Assembly (NCBI GenBank): GCA_031552235.1
Contig: JAVBMR010000002.1
Location: 200,915 to 264,914 of the forward strand
Length of the DNA: 64,000 bases
Direction of reading: 5' to 3'
From: Tidjanibacter sp.
GTDB taxonomy: Bacteria > Bacteroidota > Bacteroidia > Bacteroidales > Rikenellaceae
Within the stretch, counting starts at the first letter, position 1. Each line of letters opens with the position of its first letter. Below the pieces are notes generated by a model, which was not told the origin of the DNA, did no database searches, and was given only the letters and a program-made list of their open reading frames with translations. The position numbers and the translations under genes were made by a program. Below, piece by piece: positions 38,287-48,784 of the stretch.

Positions 38287-39948
38287 ATGGCGATATACAC
38301 ACTCCGCGACCTCTATCTGCAAAGCGTCGGCAATTACGCTTCGCGCCGCATGTCGGCCATGTATGGCGGCGACTGCGAGACTGTGACGTATGCCGAATTC
38401 GGCGACAGGGTCGAAGCGACGGCCGAACTTTTCCGCGCCGCGGGGCTTTCTTCCGGCGACAGGGTGGCGCTGCTGAGCAACAATATGCCCAACTGGGCGG
38501 TGTCCTATTTCGCCGCCGTTACGTCGGGGCTGGTCATCGTCCCGATCCTGCCCGATTTCTCCACCTCCGAGCTGGATATGATAATAAAGCACTGCGGCGC
38601 GAAGGCCCTGTGCTGCTCAGATAAACTATATACAAAGGTTTCGAAAGAAACCGTGGATGGCCTGAACCTCGTGCTGAGGACGATGACCTGCGGTGTACTC
38701 TGCATGAAGGAGGGGGTCGAGCCAGGGAAATTCACAGCCCCCAGGCCGGACGACACGGCGGCGATAATCTACACATCCGGCACAACGTCGAAGCCCAAGG
38801 GCGTGATGCTTACGCATGCGAACCTCGTGGCGCAGGTCGAGATGGACTACGACCTTTTCCCGATCTACCAGTCCGACGTTTTCCTTTCGATCCTGCCGCT
38901 TTCGCACACCTACGAATGCTCGCTGGGGATGCTTTTCCCGTTCTACGCCGGGGCGTCGGTGGTCTATCTCGACAAGCTGCCCACAGCGTCCACGCTCATG
39001 CCGGCCATGCGCGAGGTGCGGCCCACGATCATGTTGAGCGTTCCGCTTATCATCGAGAAAATATACAAAACGCAGGTGCGGGCAAAGTTCATGAAAAACG
39101 ACACCCTGAAGAAAATGTACGGCTGGGCGTGGTTCCGCAAAACGGTACACCGCATGGCAGGCAGGAAACTGAGGAAGATATTTGGCGGCAGGATGCGTTT
39201 CTTCGGCATCGGTGGCGCGAAGCTCGATTACGATACGGAGCAATTCCTGGTCGAGGCGCATTTCCCCTACGGCATAGGTTATGGGCTTACGGAAACCGCT
39301 CCGCTCATCGCGGGCGGCATACCCGGCAAGATCGTCTTCCGTTCGACCGGCCCGGTACTCAGCCGCGTCAAAGCGAGGCTCGCAAACCTTGACGAAGAGA
39401 CCGGCGAGGGCGAGATAGAGGTGCTCAGTCCCAGTACTATGAAGGGCTACTACGAAGACCCGGCAGCCACGGCAGACGTTTTCACGGCAGACGGTTGGTT
39501 CCGCACGAAAGACATAGGCCGTTTCGACAGGCATGGCAATCTTTATATACTCGGCCGGGTCGGCAACATGATAGTCGGCCCGAGCGGCGAAAACATATAC
39601 CCCGAAGAGATAGAGTCGGTGATAAACAGCCATTTCCTTGTGACGGATTCCATTGTGAAGGAGGACGGCGGGAAACTGGTGGCACAGGTACGCTTCAACC
39701 CGGCGGAACTCGAACGGCGTTACAATGATTTCAAAGACGGTGTCAGCGCCCGTATGGCCGAGATCCGCGCTGAAGTGAAGGCCTACGTCAACTCCAAGGT
39801 AAGCAAGTCGTCGCAGATATCCGAGGTGGAAGAGCAGGAAAAGGAGTTCGAAAAGACCCCGACTCAAAAGATAAAGAGATTCAAGTACGTAGACCCCAAG
39901 CCCTTGAAAACTCCGGATGAGGATATGGAACAGGATGGTTCAAAATGA
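38287..39948 (+). CDS. AMP-dependent long-chain acyl-CoA ligase
   Basis: AMP-binding motifs IIYTSGTTSKPKGVMLTH, YGLTETAP, and GWFRTKDIG...GRVGNMIV. Confidence 0.8.
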   Translation: MAIYTLRDLYLQSVGNYASRRMSAMYGGDCETVTYAEFGDRVEATAELFRAAGLSSGDRVALLSNNMPNWAVSYFAAVTSGLVIVPILPDFSTSELDMIIKHCGAKALCCSDKLYTKVSKETVDGLNLVLRTMTCGVLCMKEGVEPGKFTAPRPDDTAAIIYTSGTTSKPKGVMLTHANLVAQVEMDYDLFPIYQSDVFLSILPLSHTYECSLGMLFPFYAGASVVYLDKLPTASTLMPAMREVRPTIMLSVPLIIEKIYKTQVRAKFMKNDTLKKMYGWAWFRKTVHRMAGRKLRKIFGGRMRFFGIGGAKLDYDTEQFLVEAHFPYGIGYGLTETAPLIAGGIPGKIVFRSTGPVLSRVKARLANLDEETGEGEIEVLSPSTMKGYYEDPAATADVFTADGWFRTKDIGRFDRHGNLYILGRVGNMIVGPSGENIYPEEIESVINSHFLVTDSIVKEDGGKLVAQVRFNPAELERRYNDFKDGVSARMAEIRAEVKAYVNSKVSKSSQISEVEEQEKEFEKTPTQKIKRFKYVDPKPLKTPDEDMEQDGSK

Positions 39949-40559
39949 TGATCATGAGAAAATTAGTATTAGTCGCAGTTGTATGTTTGATGGATTGCAT
40001 GGCTCTCAGCGCCCAAAAATCAGCCGAGACAGATATGTCCATTCTGATGTCTACCGTCTGGAAAATGGAGATTAACCTCAATGCAGAGATGCCATACGAT
40101 GACGGGTATTTTTGTAAATTCGACAGAAAAAACGGAACCTTTTTTAGGATGAAAAAAGGCCGGATTGTTGCTCATGATCATATGGCATCAGGGCCGTTCT
40201 ACCTAAGCGACCGGATCGAAGAGACGTTCGATGACGCTAAGGCAGGCAAGGTCATGAATGGTAGGTATTTGATACGCAAAGCGTACAATGTGAAAATGAC
40301 CGAAGAAGACGGGGCGGCACTGAGAAAATCCCTGTTTGACTATGTGGTCGGCATCGAGCCTGATGCGAAAGAAAAACGGCAGCAGAAGAAAATGCGCGAG
40401 AAGATGCTCGGTAACGCGGAGGCGGTGCCGTATGTTTATGAAATAGTGTCTTTGACGGAGAACGAAATTGTTCTGGAGAGGGTTATGCCCGAGATCGTGA
40501 TCGGCGCTAAAACATTACGCTATACCGCTTATAATAGCAAGAAAAAATCGGACGACTGA
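39945..40559 (+). CDS. hypothetical secreted protein
   Basis: MMIMRKLVLVAVVCLMDCMALSAQKS signal peptide. It is AT-rich. Its ATG overlaps the stop of the ligase gene (ATGA). Confidence 0.5.
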   Translation: MMIMRKLVLVAVVCLMDCMALSAQKSAETDMSILMSTVWKMEINLNAEMPYDDGYFCKFDRKNGTFFRMKKGRIVAHDHMASGPFYLSDRIEETFDDAKAGKVMNGRYLIRKAYNVKMTEEDGAALRKSLFDYVVGIEPDAKEKRQQKKMREKMLGNAEAVPYVYEIVSLTENEIVLERVMPEIVIGAKTLRYTAYNSKKKSDD

Positions 40560-40653
40560 CCCTGTCCAAAGTAGCGACTATACGTCAGCGGTTATCGTAA
40601 AGTTTGATCTCCTGCTGGTTGAGTTCCCCTCTGCTTTCAGTGCTTGATAAGTT

Positions 40654-40770
40654 CACATTCCGCGGCAGAGGGGGTCGGCACAAAGTGCCGAGCAGCGGAA
40701 TGTGGCAACTGCCACGGCAGTTGCAGTCTTTACAATACCCCGCAGCTTGCTGCGGGGCGGTTAATTTCCC
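40654..40770 (+). repeat. family D structured repeat, copy 2
   Basis: A chain of hairpins: CACATTCCGC...GCGGAATGTG (enclosing TCGGCAC-AAA-GTGCCGA), GCAACTGCC-AC-GGCAGTTGC, and CCCCGCAG-CTTG-CTGCGGGG. It shares TTTACAATACCCCGCAGCTTGC with copy 1. Confidence 0.7.
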
Positions 40771-40803
40771 TCGTTGGGAGATTTATTTTCGTTATGTAGA
40801 TAT

Positions 40804-40831
40804 ACAAAAGGCCGGAATTCCGGCCTTTTGT
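40804..40831. terminator. palindromic bidirectional terminator
   Basis: ACAAAAGGCCGG-AATT-CCGGCCTTTTGT, between convergent genes. Confidence 0.8.
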
Positions 40832-40863
40832 ATTGCAGAGTTACTGCATCTTGTTACCTCCCG

Positions 40864-41562
40864 TTATTTCGGCCTGTTGCGGTGCTGTTTCTGGGCGTGA
40901 TTCTGGGGATGGTTTTTTCCGCCAGGCTGGTTGCCCTTTGTGTTTTTGGCTTTATTCTGGCGAGGATTTGTAAAACCGGCTTTTTTGTGATGTGCCGAAG
41001 GGGTTTGTTTGTAGTCGCTTTTGATATTGTTTATGGCGGTTTCGTCCACAATAATAGTGTTATTGGACATTTTTTTGATGTCTTTTATAATAACCTCGTT
41101 ATTCGGATGCTCCTGGTTATACTCATATCCCTTGGCCCTCATATAGCGGGCGACGTTTGCCAACACTTCTTCAACAGCCTGTCGGTCGTCCTCGTCGTTC
41201 AGCGATTTTATTATCTTTTCTATATTCTTGCCATAGTGCTTTATAGCGATCCTTTTATCCGGGTATTTCAGCTTCTCCGGCATGGGGGCGAGGGTTTCCG
41301 CCGTGGGGATCGGATAGGGCGAATCCACGTCCAGAGTGAAGCCTGACATGATGAACAGGTGGTCCCACAGCTTGTGATTATAGTCCGCCGTGTCCCTCAG
41401 GAAGGGATTCAGGTTGCCCATCACGCTTATGACCGCGCGGGCCTGCTTGCTGCGTTCCTCGCGGTTTTCTATGGACGAGAGGTAATCGACCATCTCGTGT
41501 ATATGACGCCCATATTCAGGCAGTTGGAGCTTCTTGCGCTCGTAATTATAATTCTTCTTCAT
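40864..41562 (-). CDS. DUF4290 domain-containing protein with Lys/Asn/Gln-rich basic tail
   Basis: MKKNYNYERKKLQLPEYGRHIHEMVDYL...NLNPFLRD...HKLWDHLFIMSGF matches my recollection of DUF4290. The start is taken at the second ATG (41562). Confidence 0.6.
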   Translation of the reverse strand: MKKNYNYERKKLQLPEYGRHIHEMVDYLSSIENREERSKQARAVISVMGNLNPFLRDTADYNHKLWDHLFIMSGFTLDVDSPYPIPTAETLAPMPEKLKYPDKRIAIKHYGKNIEKIIKSLNDEDDRQAVEEVLANVARYMRAKGYEYNQEHPNNEVIIKDIKKMSNNTIIVDETAINNIKSDYKQTPSAHHKKAGFTNPRQNKAKNTKGNQPGGKNHPQNHAQKQHRNRPK

Positions 41563-41642
41563 GCGTAAACAGTTCAAAAACAGAGAGATCGCCGCGATAA
41601 TGCCAGTGCCGGCAGGAGGCCGTGTCGATTAGGGAAGGCAGG

Positions 41643-41739
41643 TTTGGCGAAAGTTAACAGGATTGATTTATGTAACATTTCCGATTTTTGAAAAGACAAA
41701 ATTGGATAATGTGCCGAGTATTTGTTAACTTTCGCCAAA
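41643..41739. promoter_or_regulatory. perfect 17-bp inverted repeat TTTGGCGAAAGTTAACA / TGTTAACTTTCGCCAAA separated by 63 AT-rich bp
   Basis: Arms at 41643-41659 and 41723-41739, in the divergent promoter region between the DUF4290 gene and the sigma-54 activator gene. Confidence 0.5.
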
Positions 41740-41790
41740 AGTATAGCGATTTTATAAGAAAACAAAATAAGTTAATATTTTTTGTATATT

Positions 41791-41798
41791 TATATTTG
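41791..41798 (+). promoter_or_regulatory. -7 box TATATTTG upstream of the sigma-54 activator gene
   Basis: It lies 34 nt before the ATG at 41832. Confidence 0.4.
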
Positions 41799-41831
41799 GT
41801 ATATTAGTTAACGATAATCTCAATTTGGGGA

Positions 41832-43025
<1,194 letters not shown>

Positions 43026-43046
43026 TTTTTAGTGTGTTAAATATTC

Positions 43047-43076
43047 AGGCCGTGATAAATTCACGGCCTTTTTTTG
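43047..43076 (+). terminator. intrinsic terminator after the sigma-54 activator gene
   Basis: AGGCCGTGA-TAAAT-TCACGGCCT followed by TTTTTTT. Confidence 0.8.
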
Positions 43077-43153
43077 TGTTGTGCCGCCTCGGGACTTGAC
43101 AGATTGGGGTAAAATCATTACTTTTATAGGAAAATAAAAACAAAGCGACAGAT

Positions 43154-44464
43154 ATGGCTGTATTCGAAGTGTGCGGCGGCCGCCGCCTTAAAGGGGAGAT
43201 AGTGCCGCAGGGGGCTAAGAACGAGGCGCTCCAGATATTGTGCGCGGTATTGCTGACAAAGGAGAGGGTGACGGTATGCAATATCCCCGAGATCGTGGAT
43301 GTTATGCAGCTCATCGAGTTGCTGGCGAAATTGGGTGTCGAGGTGGAAAAGCTCGGGACGGGGACATATTCCTTCCGCGCGGCAGACATCGACCTGGAAT
43401 ATATGAAAACCGACGATTATCGTAAAAGGGCCACGCGCCTGCGCGGGTCGGTAATGCTGTTGGGGCCTCTGCTGGCGCGCTTCGGGGTGGGCTATCTCCC
43501 GAAGCCGGGCGGCGACAAGATAGGTCGCCGGCGTCTGGACACCCACTTTATCGGGTTCCAGAAACTTGGCGCGGAATTCGATTTCGACGCCGGCGAGAAT
43601 TTCTTCGCGGTGAGAGGCAAGAACCTCAGGGGGACTTATATGCTTTTGGACGAGGCTTCGGTGACCGGTACGGCCAATATCGTGATGGCGGCAGTGCTTA
43701 CGCCGGGCTTCACTACGATATATAACGCGGCATGCGAGCCTTATCTCCAGCAGCTTTGCAAAATGCTGAACGGCATGGGGGCAAGGATATCGGGCATCGC
43801 CTCGAACCTGCTGACAATCGAGGGAGTGGAAGAACTTGGCGGTACGGAGCACCGCCTGTTGCCCGACATGATAGAGGTTGGCAGCTTCATCGGCCTGGCC
43901 GCCATGACGCAGTCCGAGATCACGATAAAAGATGTGTCGTATGAAAACCTGGGGATCATTCCGGCACAGTTCGCCCGTATGGGCATCCGGTTCGAGCAGC
44001 GCGGCGACGATATATTTATTCCCCGGCAGGACAACTACGAGATAGAGAGTTTCATCGACGGCTCGATAATGAACATCGCCGACGCTCCGTGGCCGGGGCT
44101 GACGCCCGACCTTCTGTCTGTATTCCTCGTGGTGGCCACGCAGGCCAAGGGCGCGGTGCTGATACACCAGAAAATGTTCGAAAGCCGCCTGTTCTTCGTC
44201 GATAAGCTGATAGACATGGGTGCGCAGATAATCCTTTGCGACCCGCACCGCGCGACGGTGATCGGGCATAACCACCAGATGAAACTGCGCGGGACGTGCA
44301 TGACCTCGCCCGATATCCGTGCCGGGGTTGCGCTTCTTATCGCCGCCATGAGCGCCGAGGGCCGCAGCACGATCCAGAACATCGAGCAGATCGACCGCGG
44401 CTACCAAAACATCGACGGCCGCCTGAACGCCCTCGGCGCCGACATAAGAAGGGTTGAGGAATAA
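43154..44464 (+). CDS. murA: UDP-N-acetylglucosamine 1-carboxyvinyltransferase
   Basis: MAVFEVCGGRRLKGEIVPQGAKNEALQILCAVLL... and LRGSVMLLGPLLARFG. 436 aa with an EPSP-synthase-like fold. Confidence 0.95.
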   Translation: MAVFEVCGGRRLKGEIVPQGAKNEALQILCAVLLTKERVTVCNIPEIVDVMQLIELLAKLGVEVEKLGTGTYSFRAADIDLEYMKTDDYRKRATRLRGSVMLLGPLLARFGVGYLPKPGGDKIGRRRLDTHFIGFQKLGAEFDFDAGENFFAVRGKNLRGTYMLLDEASVTGTANIVMAAVLTPGFTTIYNAACEPYLQQLCKMLNGMGARISGIASNLLTIEGVEELGGTEHRLLPDMIEVGSFIGLAAMTQSEITIKDVSYENLGIIPAQFARMGIRFEQRGDDIFIPRQDNYEIESFIDGSIMNIADAPWPGLTPDLLSVFLVVATQAKGAVLIHQKMFESRLFFVDKLIDMGAQIILCDPHRATVIGHNHQMKLRGTCMTSPDIRAGVALLIAAMSAEGRSTIQNIEQIDRGYQNIDGRLNALGADIRRVEE

Positions 44465-44495
44465 GCTGGCGCGAAGCGCTGTCGGTTCGCAGCGC

Positions 44496-44537
44496 AAAAA
44501 ATAAGGGCAGCCCCTGCGGGGGCTGCCCTTATTTTTT
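44496..44537. terminator. bidirectional intrinsic terminator
   Basis: AAAAAATAAGGGCAGCCCC-TGCG-GGGGCTGCCCTTATTTTTT. Confidence 0.85.
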
Positions 44538-44590
44538 AACGTGACTCTCTATGGCTGTTAGGTGGTGCGACAAGGCTGTGGTGTCATACC

Positions 44591-45007
44591 TTAAACAAGG
44601 GCGAACAGGATAAATACCATGCCGGCCAGAAACAGATAACCGGCCTCGATGCAGGCGGCGCGGAAATAATCTCCCCAGCCGACATACTTGTACTTGAGTG
44701 TGGCCTTATTCCACCCGCAGAAGCCGACGAGGGTCAGTACGGCCAGCCAGAACGACAGCGCAGTAATCATAAACAACACAAGTCCCATCAGCGCGTTAGC
44801 CACCAGTTGTCCGAACATTGTGACGAACATATTTGCAGGAGAGCGCTTGTCGGGCATCTCGATTTTGAAGATCCTTACCCATGTTTTTGGGAAAATGACT
44901 GAATACCAAAGCGCCCCTAATAAATAGGCGGCGACTATGGCCACTACGTACCACAGCCAGTTGATCTGCCCGAGCAGGGTACAGAAAATTTGGGAACTGG
45001 TTTCCAT
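44591..45007 (-). CDS. DUF1761-like small membrane protein
   Basis: METSSQIFCTLLGQINWLWYVVAIVAAYLLGALWYSVIFPKTW. The start at 45007 is supported by the -7 box at 45043-45050. Confidence 0.55.
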   Translation of the reverse strand: METSSQIFCTLLGQINWLWYVVAIVAAYLLGALWYSVIFPKTWVRIFKIEMPDKRSPANMFVTMFGQLVANALMGLVLFMITALSFWLAVLTLVGFCGWNKATLKYKYVGWGDYFRAACIEAGYLFLAGMVFILFALV

Positions 45008-45042
45008 AATTTCAAGGTTTAGAGGTTCAGGCAGGTATAATG

Positions 45043-45050
45043 CAAAAATA
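45043..45050 (-). promoter_or_regulatory. -7 box TATTTTTG upstream of the DUF1761-like gene
   Basis: The plus strand reads CAAAAATA, 36 nt upstream of the ATG at 45007. Confidence 0.4.
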
Positions 45051-45070
45051 GTGCAAGGATCACGTTCACA

Positions 45071-45093
45071 CAAAAGGGCGGTCTTATACCGCC
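45071..45093 (-). terminator. terminator hairpin after ruvB
   Basis: The minus strand reads GGCGG-TATAAGA-CCGCC followed by CTTTTGTGTG. Confidence 0.5.
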
Positions 45094-45124
45094 ATTATTC
45101 TCATTTTGAGTGAATGTCTCGAAA

Positions 45125-46177
45125 TTATAGCTCCCCGAAAAGCGTGCCTTCCACCGCCGGGGGTGTTATGCCGAGGTGGGAGTAGGCGAGGGCCGTAGCT
45201 TCGCGGCCGCGGGGGGTGCGCTTCAGGAAGCCTTCCTTGATGAGGAACGGTTCGTAAACCTCCTCTATCGTGCCGCTGTCTTCGCCGACCGCCGTCGCTA
45301 TTGTGTTGATGCCAACCGGGCCGCCGCCGAATTTCTCGATTATGGTAGTGAGGATGCGGTTGTCCATGGTGTCGAGGCCGCGAGCGTCGATGTTGAGCGC
45401 CGCGAGCGCCACCTTAGTGATCCGCAGGTCTATATGCCCCTCGCCCTTGACCATTGCGAAATCGCGCACGCGGCGCAGCAGCGAGTTGGCGATGCGGGGG
45501 GTGCCGCGGCTGCGCATGGCTATTTCGAGCGTGGCGTTGTCGTCAATCCCTATGCCGAGGATCCCGGCCGAGCGCCGCACGATCTTCGAGAGTATCTTCG
45601 AATCGTAATATTCCAAATGGCACTGTATTCCGAAACGGGCGCGTAACGGACTGGTCAGAAGGCCGCTGCGTGTTGTGGCGCCTATGAGCGTGAACGGGTT
45701 GAGCTCTATCTGTATCGACCTCGCCGAGGGGCCCTTGTCGAGTACAATGTCGATTTTGTAGTCCTCCATCGCCGAGTAGAGGTATTCCTCCACGATGGGG
45801 CTGAGGCGGTGTATCTCGTCGATGAAAAGCACGTCGCCGGCGTTGAGGTTGGTGAGCAGCCCGGCCAGGTCGCCCGGCTTGTCGAGCACGGGCCCGGAGG
45901 ATACTTTCAGGGCGCTGCCCATCTCGTTGCTTATGATGTTGGCGAGCGTGGTTTTGCCCAGTCCGGGAGGGCCGTGCAGAAGCACATGGTCGAGCGACTC
46001 CTCGCGCATGAGGGCCGCCTGTATGAACACGCGGATGTTGTCGACGATCTTGTCCTGTCCGCTGAAATTTTCCAACTCCTGCGGGCGGATCTTATTCTCG
46101 AATTCCGAATCCGTGGGTTGGTTGCGTATGCCTTTGCTGTCCAAAATGGTTTGCCGGTTACTTGTCGGGGCGTTCAT
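45125..46177 (-). CDS. ruvB: Holliday junction branch migration DNA helicase
   Basis: [22 protein letters not shown] and RTPRGR motifs. The start is at the ATG at 46177, 20 nt downstream of the TATTTTTG box (46197-46204). The track ORF start at 46195 would sit on the box. Confidence 0.93.
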   Translation of the reverse strand: MNAPTSNRQTILDSKGIRNQPTDSEFENKIRPQELENFSGQDKIVDNIRVFIQAALMREESLDHVLLHGPPGLGKTTLANIISNEMGSALKVSSGPVLDKPGDLAGLLTNLNAGDVLFIDEIHRLSPIVEEYLYSAMEDYKIDIVLDKGPSARSIQIELNPFTLIGATTRSGLLTSPLRARFGIQCHLEYYDSKILSKIVRRSAGILGIGIDDNATLEIAMRSRGTPRIANSLLRRVRDFAMVKGEGHIDLRITKVALAALNIDARGLDTMDNRILTTIIEKFGGGPVGINTIATAVGEDSGTIEEVYEPFLIKEGFLKRTPRGREATALAYSHLGITPPAVEGTLFGEL

Positions 46178-46196
46178 ATGGTCGACCGCCGTCATG

Positions 46197-46204
46197 CAAA
46201 AATA
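46197..46204 (-). promoter_or_regulatory. -7 box TATTTTTG upstream of ruvB
   Basis: The plus strand reads CAAAAATA. Confidence 0.4.
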
Positions 46205-46360
46205 ACATTAAAATGAATAACTCCGAAATTTATGGCGATATGTTTAAAATCCGGGCGTAATTAGGTTGCAAATGAAAATAAAATTATAACTTTATGACCG
46301 CCTTGTGTGACGTATCGGCCGGGCCGTATGAAAAAACTATACCTATAATCCCAACACAAT

Positions 46361-47239
46361 ATGGATAGACGCGACTTTTTTAAGAAAGGTATTATGACCA
46401 CCGCCAAGGTGGCTATCGGAGGCAGCATTATTTCCGGCCTGCTGGAGGACGAACTTTTCGCCTCACCCCTCGGCGGTAAAAGGATAGGCCTGCAACTCTA
46501 CTCCGTGCGCGGAATGATGGACCAGAACGCGGTCGACACCCTGAAGCAGGTGGCGGCGATAGGTTACAAGGAACTTGAAACCGCGTCGTATAACGACGGC
46601 AAGGTCTACGGCATGAAGCCGCAGGAATTCCGCGGGATCGCCGAAGACCTCGGGATGAGGGTGTCGAGCGCCCACCTCGGCAAGAACATCGAAAAGGGCA
46701 AAGAAAAAGAGGCCTACGACTGGTGGGACAAGGCGCTCGACACACAGATCGCAGCCGGTTGCACCTATGCCGTCATGCCTTCCATGGCCATAGGGAGCAA
46801 GATCCAGGATATCCAGTTTTACTGCGATTATTTCAACAAAGTCGGCGAAATGGCCAACGCCAAAGGCATAAAGTTCGGTTTCCACAACCATGGCGCCGAA
46901 TTCAAGGCGGTGGAAGGCAAGGTCGTTATGGACTACCTTATAGAACATACCTCTCCTCAGAACGTGCTCTTCGAGATGGACGTTTACTGGATCAAGAACG
47001 GCGGTCAGGATCCGGTCGAATACCTCAAAAAACACGCCGGGCGCTTCCAGCTCCTGCACATAAAGGACGAAGATGTAATCGGCGCGAGCGGCGACCTGGA
47101 TTTCAAGGCTATCTTCGATGCCGCATACAAGCAGGGAATGAAAGGCTACTACGTCGAAGTGGAGAAATATGCGGTTTCCCCGATAAAGGACGTTGAAAAG
47201 AGTTTCGACTACCTCTACCACGCCCCATTTGTAAAATAA
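46361..47239 (+). CDS. exported sugar phosphate isomerase/epimerase-like (xylose isomerase-like TIM barrel) protein
   Basis: Twin-arginine signal MDRRDFFKKG, with an AP-endonuclease-2 / xylose-isomerase-like TIM barrel pattern. Confidence 0.7.
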   Translation: MDRRDFFKKGIMTTAKVAIGGSIISGLLEDELFASPLGGKRIGLQLYSVRGMMDQNAVDTLKQVAAIGYKELETASYNDGKVYGMKPQEFRGIAEDLGMRVSSAHLGKNIEKGKEKEAYDWWDKALDTQIAAGCTYAVMPSMAIGSKIQDIQFYCDYFNKVGEMANAKGIKFGFHNHGAEFKAVEGKVVMDYLIEHTSPQNVLFEMDVYWIKNGGQDPVEYLKKHAGRFQLLHIKDEDVIGASGDLDFKAIFDAAYKQGMKGYYVEVEKYAVSPIKDVEKSFDYLYHAPFVK

Positions 47240-47283
47240 CCTAAACCAACATAATAAACGAAACCTTAAAACCCAACATCATT

Positions 47284-48759
47284 ATGGCTGAAAAAATGAC
47301 ACGAAGAGAGTTCCTGAAAACAGGGGCGCTGGGTGCCGCCGCTTTCACGGTAGTGCCGAGTTCGGTACTTGGACAAACTGTGGGCAAGACCGCACCGTCT
47401 GACAAACTTAACGTAGCCGGCGTCGGCATAGGCGGCCGCGGCGGTGCAGTCATCGACGGCATGAAGAGCCAGAATATAGTGGCCCTGTGCGACGTGGATT
47501 GGGGATATTCGAAGAAAAAGTTCGAACAGTACCCCAACGCCCAGAAATTCTGGGACTTCAGGCGTATGTTCGACCAGATAGGCAAGGATATCGACGCCGT
47601 GGTTGTCGGCACGGCCGACCACACGCACGCCATAGTGGCTGCCGCGGCAATGGAGATGGGCAAGCACGTATATTGCGAAAAACCGCTTACGCACTCGGTT
47701 TACGAATCGCGCCTGCTGACCAAGATCGCCGCCAAACAGAAAGTCGCCACCCAGATGGGCAACCAGGGGGCTTCGGGCGAAGGCGTGCGCAAAATATGCG
47801 ACTGGATCTGGAACGGCGTGATCGGAGAAGTAACTAAAGTAGAGGCGTTTACCGACAGGCCAATTTGGCCGCAGGGCCTCCCGACTCCGTCGCAGGTCGA
47901 TCCGGTACCGACTACGCTTAACTGGGATCTGTTCGTAGGCCCGGCCAAGATGAGGCCATACAACTCCCTGTACACCCCGTGGAACTGGCGCGGATGGTGG
48001 GACTATGGTACAGGTGCGCTGGGCGATATGGCCTGCCATATCCTGCACCCCGTGTTCAAAGGCCTCCAGCTCGGTTACCCGATATCGGTGCAGGGAAGCT
48101 CGACCCCGCTTATGGTGGACTGCGCTCCCAATGCCCAGATGGTAAAGCTCGTCTTCCCCGAGCGTAAAAAATTCAATAAAGTGAAACTGCCTCAGGTGGA
48201 GGTTACATGGTACGACGGCGGCCTCCAGCCCCCGCGCCCGGAAGGTCTGCCCGCAGGCAAAAACCTTAACGACAATGGCGGCGGCGTGATATTCCACGGA
48301 ACGAAGGATACGCTGATCTGCGGATGCTACGGTATGAACCCGTACCTGCTCAGTGGCCGCGAACCTAAAGTGCCTGAAATGACACGCCAGGTGCCGGATA
48401 ACAACCATATAATGGACTTCGTGCGCGCTGCGAAAGAAAAACCCGAAAACCGCGTGGAAACGGCATCTCCCTTCTCGGAAGCAGGCCCGTTCAACGAAAT
48501 GGTCGTGATGGGTGTGCTCGGCGTGCGCCTGCAGGCCCTCAACAAGGTGCTCGAATGGGACGGTCCGAACATGCAGTTCACGAACATCTCTCCGACCGAA
48601 ACACTCAAGATCATGGTCGAAGACGGGTTCAGCATCCACGACGGACATCCGACGTTCAACAAAAAATATACGGACCCGATCAACGCGCAGCAGTTTGCGA
48701 GCGAACTGATCAAGCATAACTACAGGGAAGGCTGGAACCTCCCGGCCATGCCTTTGTAA
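47284..48759 (+). CDS. exported Gfo/Idh/MocA-family oxidoreductase
   Basis: Twin-arginine signal MTRREFLKTGALGAA and a Rossmann motif VAGVGIGGRG...CDVD...EKP. Confidence 0.8.
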   Translation: MAEKMTRREFLKTGALGAAAFTVVPSSVLGQTVGKTAPSDKLNVAGVGIGGRGGAVIDGMKSQNIVALCDVDWGYSKKKFEQYPNAQKFWDFRRMFDQIGKDIDAVVVGTADHTHAIVAAAAMEMGKHVYCEKPLTHSVYESRLLTKIAAKQKVATQMGNQGASGEGVRKICDWIWNGVIGEVTKVEAFTDRPIWPQGLPTPSQVDPVPTTLNWDLFVGPAKMRPYNSLYTPWNWRGWWDYGTGALGDMACHILHPVFKGLQLGYPISVQGSSTPLMVDCAPNAQMVKLVFPERKKFNKVKLPQVEVTWYDGGLQPPRPEGLPAGKNLNDNGGGVIFHGTKDTLICGCYGMNPYLLSGREPKVPEMTRQVPDNNHIMDFVRAAKEKPENRVETASPFSEAGPFNEMVVMGVLGVRLQALNKVLEWDGPNMQFTNISPTETLKIMVEDGFSIHDGHPTFNKKYTDPINAQQFASELIKHNYREGWNLPAMPL

Positions 48760-48784
48760 ACCGGAACACTAACAATTTAAAATA

